The notes: generated by a model not told the origin, from the letters alone. Shown: positions 18,654-28,880, counted from the stretch's first letter. The stretch: 64,000 bases of DNA from Candidatus Dojkabacteria bacterium (GCA_028694805.1 JAQVKD010000001.1:25549-89548), one strand, 5' to 3'. Made by a program: numbers and translations.

Positions 18654-19867
18654 ACTAAATCAGTCTCTGTTGTTGCTTCGATTGCCTGACCTGGTGAATT
18701 TCCAGCAAAATTTATTTGCATTCCCCTTGTTCCGTTCACTATTAACACATCTCCAGGAGCAAGAATTCCTCTTTGTGCATCATTTGTTATATCTTGTCCT
18801 GCTGATGCATAATAAATGTTATCAGTATTTGTCACTCTTGATCTAAATGCTGATGTTAAGTTTATTATATCTCCTACAATTGTAAATGTTGTAAATCCAA
18901 CTCCTATTGCAAGGACAGGAGCCGCTGTTGCCACAGCAATAGCTGATTTATTTACATTGAAAAAATCAAATCTTGATGGATATTCTGTTGCTCTATATAA
19001 TCCTCCTGGTTGTTCTCCAACATCTGGATCTAAATTACCTACTGCTGGTCCCCTTATTCTTAATTCATAAATATTGTAGAAATGCTTAATTTCACCTCTC
19101 ATTAAGGTAACTTCTGATGTACTAAATACTTTTCCATCATGTGATATAACTATATATAGATTTGTCGAACCATCATTAACTACCGCTACATCAGGAGACC
19201 TTCTTAACATTGCATCAAATATCGCAATTCTATCATAACCTGTTGTTGGAGGAGTTGTATTTGGATCAGCTACGATGTCTGATGTTTCTGGTTTATTAGG
19301 TGTAGCTACTCTTATTGCAAGTTCTCCTGTAGTAAAGTATCTTCTTTCAAGATTATATCCTGATGTTTCCATTTCATGTTCACTTAATAAGTTAATTCCC
19401 TTATTTAACTCTGTAAGTATTTCATTATTTTTATTTAATATTTCATTCATTTCTGATAAATGTTCAGATAATACAGAGTTTTGTGATTCGTTTATCAGAA
19501 TAGATTCTTTTAAGGGCTGAGAGTTTTCTGTGAACTGTTTGTCTTGCTCAGATTTTTCTTCTATTCTTTGGTGTTGATTTTCATTACTTTTTTCTTGTTT
19601 ATCTTCTACACTATCATTATTAGAGGACGGAATTTCAATGTAATCCTTAAATATTGAATTTACAATAAAATTTGCTGATATTAAAGTTATTTTTCCAGGA
19701 TAAACATCTAACTTTCCTAAATATTCATGTTTTTCTTTTCTTAACTCGTATGAGTAATCACCAGGTATAACATCAGTAATATCTAATGGTGTTAATCCTA
19801 CATATTTTCCATTTAAACTGACTTCCACGTTAGATGGTGAACTATCAAATCTTATTGTTCCATTCAT
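18650..19867 (-). CDS. PEGA domain + putative vertex/penton jelly-roll domain protein
   Basis: N-terminal GTIRFDSSPSNVEVSLNGKYVGLTPL (PEGA); domain shared with 13988-14818. Confidence 0.65.
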   Translation of the reverse strand: MNGTIRFDSSPSNVEVSLNGKYVGLTPLDITDVIPGDYSYELRKEKHEYLGKLDVYPGKITLISANFIVNSIFKDYIEIPSSNNDSVEDKQEKSNENQHQRIEEKSEQDKQFTENSQPLKESILINESQNSVLSEHLSEMNEILNKNNEILTELNKGINLLSEHEMETSGYNLERRYFTTGELAIRVATPNKPETSDIVADPNTTPPTTGYDRIAIFDAMLRRSPDVAVVNDGSTNLYIVISHDGKVFSTSEVTLMRGEIKHFYNIYELRIRGPAVGNLDPDVGEQPGGLYRATEYPSRFDFFNVNKSAIAVATAAPVLAIGVGFTTFTIVGDIINLTSAFRSRVTNTDNIYYASAGQDITNDAQRGILAPGDVLIVNGTRGMQINFAGNSPGQAIEATTETDLV

Positions 19868-19912
19868 AACAATCTTGAACTTCTAAATCATATAGAGATT
19901 ATTTATTAATAC

Positions 19913-20947
19913 TTAAATTGACATACTGGTATCTAATTTTGGACATACTATTTCTACCTTACCATTTTTTATAGTTGTAGAAATGCTATGAAGTACTAAT
20001 ACATACGGACAACCACCAATACTGTTGTAATAACATTCACATGTATTTTGTTGACACTCTGGTGATGTCCCGTTTTGAACATTAGCATATGACACCTTCA
20101 CGTTTATTAAACTAATTGTTGTATTTCCTTTTTCTTTTGTGCTTATATGCACATATGCAATTACTCCTTTTTTATTTGTTGATGGAGGATTTGAAGCATA
20201 ACTATCAAATGTTGATACTGTTGAAGGAGCTGTTGTTATTCTTAAGTTAGATATAGTTCCTTGTAAATTATCTATAGAACCAACTGTAATTCCTCCTCTA
20301 GTATTTTCTGGCATTTTAAACAACTCGCCCATCTCAATACTATCGACAGTAAATACAGTAGCGTTCCATGATAAATTTAATCTAACATCATTTATATACG
20401 AACCTTGGGGATCAACTTCAATTGGAAATGCATAATAACTAACCTTCGGAGGCAGACTTGCTGTTGTTCCATATATCGAGCTTACAATAACAGGTGGTGC
20501 TTGTTTTGGTGTTGAAGATATAGATGGAACTGACTTGTCAAAAGACCAACTACCTGATGGAGTGTCACTTTTTATGTCACCACCTCCTGTGTAAGTCCTT
20601 CCACTTTGAGTTGGATATGTTGATGTTATACCTGGTTGACCTGATGCACAGTATGTCCCTATCCAATCTCCTTGTTGTACTTGTATATTACACGGAAGAT
20701 TTGATGTTGTTCCCGCAGAAACATTTTGTAGTGCTGACTCACCAATAAATTTTATTGTAGCTGTTCCATCTGGGTTTGTGACATATCTAAACACTTTTAA
20801 TTTTACAGAACTTGCAACTGGTGAATCAACACACCATGTTGTTAATGTTCCGCTACTTTCACATGGATTAGCATAATCTAATATAGTTCGTCCGCATGAC
20901 GCTGTTCCGGTTTGTGTTCCACATCCAATTCCTGCCATAATGTTCAA
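19913..20947 (-). CDS. Beta-rich protein with C-terminal cohesin-like domain
   Basis: FPIEVDPQGSYI..LNLSWNATVFTVDSIEMGELFK..IDNLQGTISNL..GVIAYVHI..GNTTISLINVKVS matches the archaeal cohesin pattern; ends VCPKLDTSMSI. Confidence 0.65.
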   Translation of the reverse strand: MNIMAGIGCGTQTGTASCGRTILDYANPCESSGTLTTWCVDSPVASSVKLKVFRYVTNPDGTATIKFIGESALQNVSAGTTSNLPCNIQVQQGDWIGTYCASGQPGITSTYPTQSGRTYTGGGDIKSDTPSGSWSFDKSVPSISSTPKQAPPVIVSSIYGTTASLPPKVSYYAFPIEVDPQGSYINDVRLNLSWNATVFTVDSIEMGELFKMPENTRGGITVGSIDNLQGTISNLRITTAPSTVSTFDSYASNPPSTNKKGVIAYVHISTKEKGNTTISLINVKVSYANVQNGTSPECQQNTCECYYNSIGGCPYVLVLHSISTTIKNGKVEIVCPKLDTSMSI

Positions 20948-21002
20948 TTCTCCATATTTAATTTCGTTTACACATCAGTATGTACTTAACTAATTTCATT
21001 AT

Positions 21003-22094
21003 TCAACCTGATATTATCATTAGACCAACAAGTGCTGCTCCGCCTAATAATAGGACTGCTTTATTTGTACATCCAAAAACAGGAATATATACATCACTTG
21101 ATAATGGACAAGTACCACCAAACAATCCTCCACTAAATTTGTTTAATATTAAATTTGGTAATTCTATATGTGTACCATTAAATCCAAGTGCCCATATTCC
21201 TATTCCAGCAAGATTTTTTTGATTAACTACATCATATTTTAATGATAATGACTGAGCATCATCATACCATCCTTGACCTGTTCCTGTAAGGTAATATGGT
21301 GATGACCATGTAGAGTTCCATTGTCTTCCGTATATTCCTGCTCTTATTAGTGCATTATTATAAGTGACAGATATACCAGAACCTATCGTTGGTGAATCTG
21401 GTTGTTGAGTTTGTGTTGTCCACTCATATCCGTAGTACGGAACTCCTAATAATAATTTAGAGTTCGGTATTGATTGTAGATATGTATTAATGCTATTTAT
21501 AACAGATGGTAATGGTGCAACTGCTCCTGCTGTCGGACCAGAAGCCCAGTGATAATCGTACCCCATCAGCATGAAATAATTTACATATGGTGATAAAGCA
21601 CTTGTATCAAATACATTTTCCCAATCTACTGGTGGAATATCTACTGATATTTTATAGTTACTATTTATTGAATGAAGTGCATTACTTAAAGATGTCATGA
21701 AAGTTGTAAACAATGTTCTATTTGATTGACCATTTACTGGATTAGTAGTTGGAAATCCTTCAAAATCAATATCTACTCCATCAAACCCATGTGTTTGTAC
21801 TTCGTATACTAGATTATTTATAAGAGTACTCTGGAGACCAGGAGATGATAGTATTGTATTTATAACAGGCGCTCCCCATCCAGGATTAACTGAAACTACC
21901 ACTCTTGTTCCTCTTGAATGAGCATAATTAATAAGATTTGTTGGAGGATATGATGTTTTAATTAACGAACCATCAGAATTCACTCCAAGAAAAGACCATG
22001 CTATCGTTGTTAATGTATTGTAATTTAAAGTTAGATAAAGATCTGATGACAACCAATTAGGATAGAATCCCATTACTTCTTTTGATAACGCCAT
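21003..22094 (-). CDS. Glycoside hydrolase family 18, C-terminal Cys module + TM anchor
   Basis: FDGVDIDFE (DxDxE), LMGYDYH, LLLGVPYYG, GIGIWALG. Confidence 0.9.
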   Translation of the reverse strand: MALSKEVMGFYPNWLSSDLYLTLNYNTLTTIAWSFLGVNSDGSLIKTSYPPTNLINYAHSRGTRVVVSVNPGWGAPVINTILSSPGLQSTLINNLVYEVQTHGFDGVDIDFEGFPTTNPVNGQSNRTLFTTFMTSLSNALHSINSNYKISVDIPPVDWENVFDTSALSPYVNYFMLMGYDYHWASGPTAGAVAPLPSVINSINTYLQSIPNSKLLLGVPYYGYEWTTQTQQPDSPTIGSGISVTYNNALIRAGIYGRQWNSTWSSPYYLTGTGQGWYDDAQSLSLKYDVVNQKNLAGIGIWALGFNGTHIELPNLILNKFSGGLFGGTCPLSSDVYIPVFGCTNKAVLLLGGAALVGLMIISG

Positions 22095-22142
22095 TTACTT
22101 TCTACCTACTTTTATTAATTTTATTTATTTATAGTTCTTATA

Positions 22143-23540
22143 TCATCTTATTGCAATAAGTACTAGAAATATTCCTATTGTTGCAAACATGTAAGTTTCT
22201 TTCTTTATACATGTTCCAAAGAAATTTATATCGTTCGGTGAACATAATGTTAGTGGTGGTGTAATACATGCTGTTTGACATTCCTGAAGAGTTGAATATT
22301 GACCAGACGTTCCCTGTACTTGTACGCATTGATTGTTTATACAATTATAAGTTATTGTTGGGCATTGTACTCCAACAGTTGTACATTCATTAGTTCCAGG
22401 TCCAGAAACTTGAGCACATATATTATTTTGGCATATGTTATGATATTGACTAGGGGTACATATTTCTCCGCATGTATTTTCTGTGAAGCAACCTACAATT
22501 CCAGGAATACATATTGATGGAGTACAAATGTTATTTATACATTGATATGTTTGTATAGATTCACCAGAAAATTTATTTATAATTAAATTTGATAATTCTG
22601 TATGTGGAACATCATATCCCAAAGCCCATATTCCAATTCCTGCAAGTTGTTTTTGATTAACAAGATCATACTTAAAATTTAGGGATTCGGCATCTTCATA
22701 CCATCCTTGGTGCCACTGATTTCCTGTCTTATAAGTGTAATATGGCGATTTCCATGTAGAGTTCCACAGTCTTGTGTATTGTTGAATCTTTGTAACTGCT
22801 TGTGAATACATGAATGATGTTCCTGTTCCTATCGTTGGTGAATCTGGTTGTTGAGTTTGTGTTGTCCATTCATATCCATAATATGGAACTCCTAACAACA
22901 ATTTAGTTTTTGGTATTGACTGTAGATATGTATTAACGCTATCTACGACAGATTGTAATGGTGCGACAGCTCCTGCTGTTGGACCAGATGCCCAGTGATA
23001 ATCGTAACCCATCAGCATGAAATAATTTACATATGGTGATAAAGCACTTGTGTCAAATACATTTTCCCAATCTACTGGGGGAAGATTGATTGACAATCTA
23101 TAATTAGGATTTGCATTCCAGAATGTATTGCTGAGTTTTATTATAAAATTGGTGAATAAACTTCTGTTATTAGAACCATTTACCGTATTTATAGCTGGAA
23201 ATCCTTCTAAATCGATATCTACACCATCAAATCCATTTGTGCTTACTTCATATAATAAGTTATTTATAACTACATTTTGAATTGATGCACTTGCAAGGAT
23301 ATTATCTATTATTGGTGATCCCCATCCTGGATTTATAGAAACTACTACTTTCTTTCCTTTTGAATGTGCATAGTTAATGAGATTTGTCGGAGGATATGAT
23401 TGTTTAACAAGAGAACCATCTGACTGCACACCAAGGAAAGCCCATGCTATTGTTGTAATAGAGTCATAATTTAAATCTAGATATACATCTGGATTTAACC
23501 AGTTTGGAAGAAAACCAATAACTTCTTTTGATAATACCAT
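22143..23540 (-). CDS. Glycoside hydrolase family 18, Cys-rich repeats + TM anchor
   Basis: FDGVDIDLE, MGYDYH, GIGIWALGYD; C-terminal YxCINNxC modules and TM. Confidence 0.9.
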   Translation of the reverse strand: MVLSKEVIGFLPNWLNPDVYLDLNYDSITTIAWAFLGVQSDGSLVKQSYPPTNLINYAHSKGKKVVVSINPGWGSPIIDNILASASIQNVVINNLLYEVSTNGFDGVDIDLEGFPAINTVNGSNNRSLFTNFIIKLSNTFWNANPNYRLSINLPPVDWENVFDTSALSPYVNYFMLMGYDYHWASGPTAGAVAPLQSVVDSVNTYLQSIPKTKLLLGVPYYGYEWTTQTQQPDSPTIGTGTSFMYSQAVTKIQQYTRLWNSTWKSPYYTYKTGNQWHQGWYEDAESLNFKYDLVNQKQLAGIGIWALGYDVPHTELSNLIINKFSGESIQTYQCINNICTPSICIPGIVGCFTENTCGEICTPSQYHNICQNNICAQVSGPGTNECTTVGVQCPTITYNCINNQCVQVQGTSGQYSTLQECQTACITPPLTLCSPNDINFFGTCIKKETYMFATIGIFLVLIAIR

Positions 23541-23562
23541 GTACCATCTCTCTATCTATTTC

Positions 23563-24549
23563 TTATTTCTTGAACATTGATAACATAAACAACGCTAAGA
23601 ATCCAATTCCCCCGTACTTTACATAGTTCTTAGGAACACACGTACCAAATACACAATAATTCGTGTCAGATGGACATGTAACCGGATCGCATGTAGCTCC
23701 TCCTCCACCACCTCCACCTGTCGGAACGCATGTACCTGTTGATGAACAATAATATCCTGATGGACATACTCCTGTTAGACATGTGGGTGAGCATGGTGTG
23801 ACTCCTGGTGTACATCCTCCTCCTGACGGAACACATGTACCTGTTGATGAACAATAATATCCTGACGGACATACTCCTGTTAAACATGTAGGTGAGCATG
23901 GTGTGACTCCTGGTGTACATCCTCCTCCACCACCTGATGTAAGTGTTATATCATCAAATACAACAGTTCCAGAACCATATAAGAATAAAATTACATTCAC
24001 TGATGCAGCATTTGATGGTGCTGTACTTGATACTGTCATCTGCGACCAATCAGAGGTCCCTGTTTTTGGAGTCGATGTAGATGCACTTCCTGATATATAT
24101 TGATTACTCGAATCAAACCAATCTAATTCAAGAAAGGCACCTGTTCCAGCTACTGATGTTGTTTTTACATAACCTGTTAAAGTGTATGATGTTGATGGTG
24201 ATACTCCTGAAATTCTCTGTCCCCAATAATTTCTTCCACTAGCCGATGCAACTATTGCTGCTCCTTTTCCTGTTCTTCCAGGAAGATCTGAAGGACTGTT
24301 ATATGGAAATGATGCTAGTGCTCCTCCTGCTGGATCATAATCACTCCACCAATTAGCAGGTTGGTATTGAGCAGTTGGACTTACAGTTTCAAATCCAGGA
24401 TTCTGAACTAAATTCGCTTGTAAACTTTTGATTGATTTACTGGATGATGAACATTGACCCTGAGCCTTAATTATTGCTTTCTGTCTTTCGTTTGGTGTTG
24501 AGTACCATATACGAAAATTTTCTCCATTTAATGATATTATCTCATTCAT
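23563..24549 (-). CDS. Carbohydrate-binding module (CBM4/9-like) protein with Cys-rich repeats + TM anchor
   Basis: NLVQNPGFE..YTLTGYVKT..GTVVFDDITL; duplicated 35-aa Cys module; Cys-knot/TM tail. Confidence 0.8.
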   Translation of the reverse strand: MNEIISLNGENFRIWYSTPNERQKAIIKAQGQCSSSSKSIKSLQANLVQNPGFETVSPTAQYQPANWWSDYDPAGGALASFPYNSPSDLPGRTGKGAAIVASASGRNYWGQRISGVSPSTSYTLTGYVKTTSVAGTGAFLELDWFDSSNQYISGSASTSTPKTGTSDWSQMTVSSTAPSNAASVNVILFLYGSGTVVFDDITLTSGGGGGCTPGVTPCSPTCLTGVCPSGYYCSSTGTCVPSGGGCTPGVTPCSPTCLTGVCPSGYYCSSTGTCVPTGGGGGGGATCDPVTCPSDTNYCVFGTCVPKNYVKYGGIGFLALFMLSMFKK

Positions 24550-24648
24550 ATACTTAATCCTCCATTAATAACTTGCTATGTTCTATATGTTCACCACGCA
24601 GTAAATCATTCTATATTTTACTTTTCTTTCTTTTCCTCTTTTTCCCTT

Positions 24649-25119
24649 TTACGTTACACTGAGATTAGCAACTGGTGCAGTGCATGGTGCCATTACATTA
24701 ACATAACATGATTCTTCATTTTGTAAAGACCCTGTTGGACAACTATCTGCTACTATCACACCTACCTTGAGTTGACCATCAACATTTGTTATGTCCTGAG
24801 TAACTGTTGTATAAGTTAGAGTGTTTGACGCTTGATTTTGTGTTCCTAACCATATAGGAGTTGTTGATCCTGGAATCATCTTGTAGAACGAATAATTATA
24901 TGGTGATGTTCCGCTTGTAGGATTTGAAGTAAGTGTTAAAGTTTGTCCAACGACTTTTGACCCGACACATGTCGGTGCCATAGATAGTATTATATCATTT
25001 GATCTATTTCCACACGCCGAGCACTGACTCTGTGCTTCTTGCAATGCATATTGTCTTTCGCTTGGGGTTGAGTACCATATACGAAAATTCTTTCCGTTTA
25101 GCGATACTATTTCATTCAT
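24649..25119 (-). CDS. Ig/PKD-like protein sharing an N-terminal leader with 23563-24549
   Basis: MNEIVSLNGKNFRIWYSTP leader; SGTSPYNYSF..VIVADSC PKD-like core. Confidence 0.7.
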   Translation of the reverse strand: MNEIVSLNGKNFRIWYSTPSERQYALQEAQSQCSACGNRSNDIILSMAPTCVGSKVVGQTLTLTSNPTSGTSPYNYSFYKMIPGSTTPIWLGTQNQASNTLTYTTVTQDITNVDGQLKVGVIVADSCPTGSLQNEESCYVNVMAPCTAPVANLSVT

Positions 25120-25173
25120 AATGTTATGTCCTCCTTCTTTAAATTTTTCCTTTCTTGATTTTAATTTTATATT

Positions 25174-26298
25174 TTAACTCGAACTTAGTGTCATTAATAC
25201 AACAATGCCTAGTCCTGCTGCTAATATCACATAAGGCGAGCTAAAAACACTAGGAAGTGTTGTAGGTTGTGAATTACAGCTTAGAACTGATGCAGATTGT
25301 TCAAATCCAAATTTAACACATAACTGCTTCTCTATATTTGTTGCTTTGCATGCTATTGATGTTGTTCCATTGTCATTTCCAGCAAAATTTAGTCCCACTG
25401 CATTATTCATATTTGATGTTACCCACATACTTCCAGAATCTCCTGGTTGTGATACTGGTATTGTTGGATTTGGATTTGAAATAACTAAAACATCATCAAA
25501 TGGAATCACTAATGTTGTTCCGCCAACTGTATATTCAACATCAAAAGATGAATTTGTAGATTCTACAATTCCGTCCATACATCCAGTAGTTCTTCCTGCT
25601 TTTTTAACTTTCATTCCTATGCTTGATGTAACACTTTTGTTGGTATATAAGTTACAAATATTTGGTTCTGAAATTGCTATTGAATTTATATCTGCAGTAG
25701 GTGCAGCATAAGCAGCGTCAATAGTATTTTTAGTGAGTAGCAAACGAACCGACTTTTCTAATGTGCCTGCTAAATTACTGATGTTTCCTCCATCAATATT
25801 TCCTGGTTGTATTATTGGCTCTCCTTTTAATCCTTTATATGGCATTGATTCAATGTCCCATGCTAATACATGATTATTTGATAGTATAACAGTTCTTCCT
25901 ATATTATCTCTGACAAAACATCCAAGAGTTCCAGTGATACTTAACTGACTTCCGTATAAGCCTCCGCTGATTCCTCCTAATATTGGTCTATGTTTGTCTT
26001 TGAACTGTAAAGTTTTCATTGAGTTCCTTGAATCATTATTTAATTTTGATCTGTCTCTCACTTCTACGAACGCACGCATTTCTGTTTTTCCTGTTATTTT
26101 ATATACTATTGGTATTCCATAAATAGATCTTGGAATAAGGTTTTGTAGTATTGGTGTTTTATCTTTTAAGTATACAACTATTTGATGTTCATTTCCAAGT
26201 CCTGTAACTGAACTATGTGTTAATCCGACACCTACAACTCCAGGAATCTTCTTTAGCTCTGATTTAGCCTTTTCAAATGCATCCTGATTATAGGACAT
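25174..26298 (-). CDS. Trypsin-like (S1, Nal1-like) serine protease with C-terminal TM
   Basis: GTLGCFV, LSNNHVL (His), IDAA (Asp), GDSGS (Ser); N-terminal pro-domain; TM YVILAAGLGIVVLM. Confidence 0.9.
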   Translation of the reverse strand: MSYNQDAFEKAKSELKKIPGVVGVGLTHSSVTGLGNEHQIVVYLKDKTPILQNLIPRSIYGIPIVYKITGKTEMRAFVEVRDRSKLNNDSRNSMKTLQFKDKHRPILGGISGGLYGSQLSITGTLGCFVRDNIGRTVILSNNHVLAWDIESMPYKGLKGEPIIQPGNIDGGNISNLAGTLEKSVRLLLTKNTIDAAYAAPTADINSIAISEPNICNLYTNKSVTSSIGMKVKKAGRTTGCMDGIVESTNSSFDVEYTVGGTTLVIPFDDVLVISNPNPTIPVSQPGDSGSMWVTSNMNNAVGLNFAGNDNGTTSIACKATNIEKQLCVKFGFEQSASVLSCNSQPTTLPSVFSSPYVILAAGLGIVVLMTLSSS

Positions 26299-26338
26299 AT
26301 TACCTGACGTATGTAGAAGTTAACGTATATTATTATTC

Positions 26339-28183
26339 TTATATTGAGCTATTGAAATATATTTTATAATCTGTTCCTGTCACGATTGAATATAATTTAT
26401 TATTGAATACAGCAAGACCTGGTGATGTATAGGATTTTCCTCCTATTGAAGTGTTCCATCCCTTCCATACTCCATTGGTTCCCATGCTATTAATGTATAT
26501 ATCATAAGGTGAGCCCTTTCCACTTACTACTGCATATAATCTATTATTGAAAGATGCCAATCTCGGACTATCGTATGAACCTCCTCCTATTAAATTACTC
26601 CATCCTGACCATATTCCATTTGTTCCCATACTAGCAGTCCATATCTTATAATCTATTCCCGATGTAATTGCATATAATCTATTATTGAATACAGCAAGAC
26701 CTGGTGATGTATAGGATTTTCCACCTATTGAAGTGTTCCATCCTGACCATACTCCATCTGTTCCCATACTATTAATATATATGTCATTAGGATAACCCTT
26801 TCCGCTTACTACTGCATATAATCTATTATTAAAGACCACTAAATTTGGACTGTTATACGAACCTCCTCCCATTGAACTACTCCATCCTGACCACAATCCA
26901 TTTATATTCATACTAGCAAGCCATATTCTATAATCTGTTCCTGCTACAATTGCATATAATCTATTATTGAATACAGCAAGACCTGGTGATGTATTAGCAT
27001 ATCCACCTATTGAAGTATTCCATCCTGACCATACTCCATTTGTTCCCATACTATTAATGAATAATGCATAAGGTGAACCTTTTCCACTTACTACTGTATA
27101 TAATCTATTATTAAAGACCACCAAATTTGGACTGTCGTATGAACCTCCACCTATTGAACTGCTCCATCCTGACCACTGCAATGGAGTTACGTTTACTGAA
27201 ATAACATTTGAATAAATACCTGTAACTGAATCATATGGTCTTACATTAAGACTTCCTTCCTCATTTCCTTTAACATTCCCAGTACTATAAAGGTCTACAC
27301 AACAATTACTGCTTCTTGACCATGATAATGATGGACACGATATAACTGATCCAGAACTATTCTTACATACCACTCCAGCACTCCTTGTCTGTCCGACACT
27401 AATAGTTAGAGATGGCGGAGCAGTCATTGATGCCAAAGCTGATGGTTGAGTAACTGTCACTGTACAAACATTCCCTTGTGAACCAGAAACTGAATCATAT
27501 GGTCTAACAGTTAATGATCCTACTGCTACACCTTCGACAGTTCCATCAGTATATAAATTTACACAACATGAACTACTTCTTGACCATGATATTGATGGAC
27601 ACGTTACATTAGAACCAGCACTATTCTTACAAACAACTAAATTTACTTTCTGTCCAACACTGACTGATAAACTTGGTGGTATTGAAATCGATGATACTGT
27701 TGCTGTAGGAGCTGTTACATTTATAAAACATTTCTGTTCTTCAGGGACTTGTCGTGCTGTACATGAATCTCCTACAAGTAACTGAAACGTATGACTTCCT
27801 ACTGCATCATTAAATGTTCTACTCCATGATTGAGGTGATGTTGAACTATTACTCCATGTTCTTTCAGTTACTGCGTCTACTATAAATTCAAATTTATAGG
27901 GAGGTGTTCCACCGGATGCTTGAACTGTGATTGTCTTCGTTGTTCCTTGTACTATTGATGATGGGCACGACGCCAGTGATTCCACAAAAGAGAAACTGTT
28001 GGAGTCATTAACATTTGATATATTTTGAGAAGAAATGATATCATTTAAGTCGGTAACAGATATAAAATCCTTGTACATAGAACTTATATCTTCAAGCTTA
28101 TAACCATTTCTGACAGCCTCAATTAAAACGTCAGTTGATAAGTTTACTATATCTTCTACCTTCAATACTTTATCTATGCTCAT
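26339..28183 (-). CDS. PKD + two Big_2 Ig domains + six-bladed Trp-rich beta-propeller (lectin-like)
   Basis: Six WSGWxxSIGG..SPxLxVFNNRLY repeats in alternating A/B form; Ig domains similar to those in 53116-54915. Confidence 0.8.
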   Translation of the reverse strand: MSIDKVLKVEDIVNLSTDVLIEAVRNGYKLEDISSMYKDFISVTDLNDIISSQNISNVNDSNSFSFVESLASCPSSIVQGTTKTITVQASGGTPPYKFEFIVDAVTERTWSNSSTSPQSWSRTFNDAVGSHTFQLLVGDSCTARQVPEEQKCFINVTAPTATVSSISIPPSLSVSVGQKVNLVVCKNSAGSNVTCPSISWSRSSSCCVNLYTDGTVEGVAVGSLTVRPYDSVSGSQGNVCTVTVTQPSALASMTAPPSLTISVGQTRSAGVVCKNSSGSVISCPSLSWSRSSNCCVDLYSTGNVKGNEEGSLNVRPYDSVTGIYSNVISVNVTPLQWSGWSSSIGGGSYDSPNLVVFNNRLYTVVSGKGSPYALFINSMGTNGVWSGWNTSIGGYANTSPGLAVFNNRLYAIVAGTDYRIWLASMNINGLWSGWSSSMGGGSYNSPNLVVFNNRLYAVVSGKGYPNDIYINSMGTDGVWSGWNTSIGGKSYTSPGLAVFNNRLYAITSGIDYKIWTASMGTNGIWSGWSNLIGGGSYDSPRLASFNNRLYAVVSGKGSPYDIYINSMGTNGVWKGWNTSIGGKSYTSPGLAVFNNKLYSIVTGTDYKIYFNSSI

Positions 28184-28202
28184 ATGTTCTCCTCTTTATT
28201 AA

Positions 28203-28880
28203 TTATTTTAACAACGATAACAGAGTAATTGCAGTAAGTCCTAATCCAGCATATACTACATACGTTTTTGGAATACAATTTCCTGCTACACAATAATTTT
28301 TAGTGAGGTCACATTCTGGAGGACAATCACTTATTATAACAGGACATCCTGTATCACATGATGCTAAATCTGGATATTGACCAGTAGTTCCTGATGGTGC
28401 AGGCTGACAGTTTCCTGGACTTATACAATTATATCCTCCACCTGGTACTGGAGTAACATTTATAATGCAAGAATCTGTATTACTTGTTTTTGAACCTGAT
28501 GAACATGAATCTGTTACATATACAGAAACAACATAATTCCCTAGTAAAGAAAATGTATATGGTATTGATGATCCTGTTAATGATGTATCAATTACTCCTC
28601 CTGGTTTTGTTATTGACCAGTGATAAGTATAAGGAGGAGTTCCTGATGATGCTGATGCCGTTAAAGTTTTTATAGTGTTTTGTAAAAGTGAAGATGGACA
28701 TGCTGCAAGACTTTTTACTGATACTTGTTTGTTTATTTCATTTACATTATATGATTCATTTAATCTATAACCTTCTCTGTATAGCTTCTCCACTGATTCT
28801 ATTGATGAATTAGTTATGTCTTCTACACCAAGAGATTTAAATTCAATGTTCATAATATTATTATAGTTATTTTCCTGCAA
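28203..28880 (-). CDS. PKD-like protein with Cys modules + TM anchor
   Basis: SGTPPYTYHW..VYVTDSC; tail CDLTKNYCVAGNCIPKTY + TM. Confidence 0.75.
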   Translation of the reverse strand: MQENNYNNIMNIEFKSLGVEDITNSSIESVEKLYREGYRLNESYNVNEINKQVSVKSLAACPSSLLQNTIKTLTASASSGTPPYTYHWSITKPGGVIDTSLTGSSIPYTFSLLGNYVVSVYVTDSCSSGSKTSNTDSCIINVTPVPGGGYNCISPGNCQPAPSGTTGQYPDLASCDTGCPVIISDCPPECDLTKNYCVAGNCIPKTYVVYAGLGLTAITLLSLLK

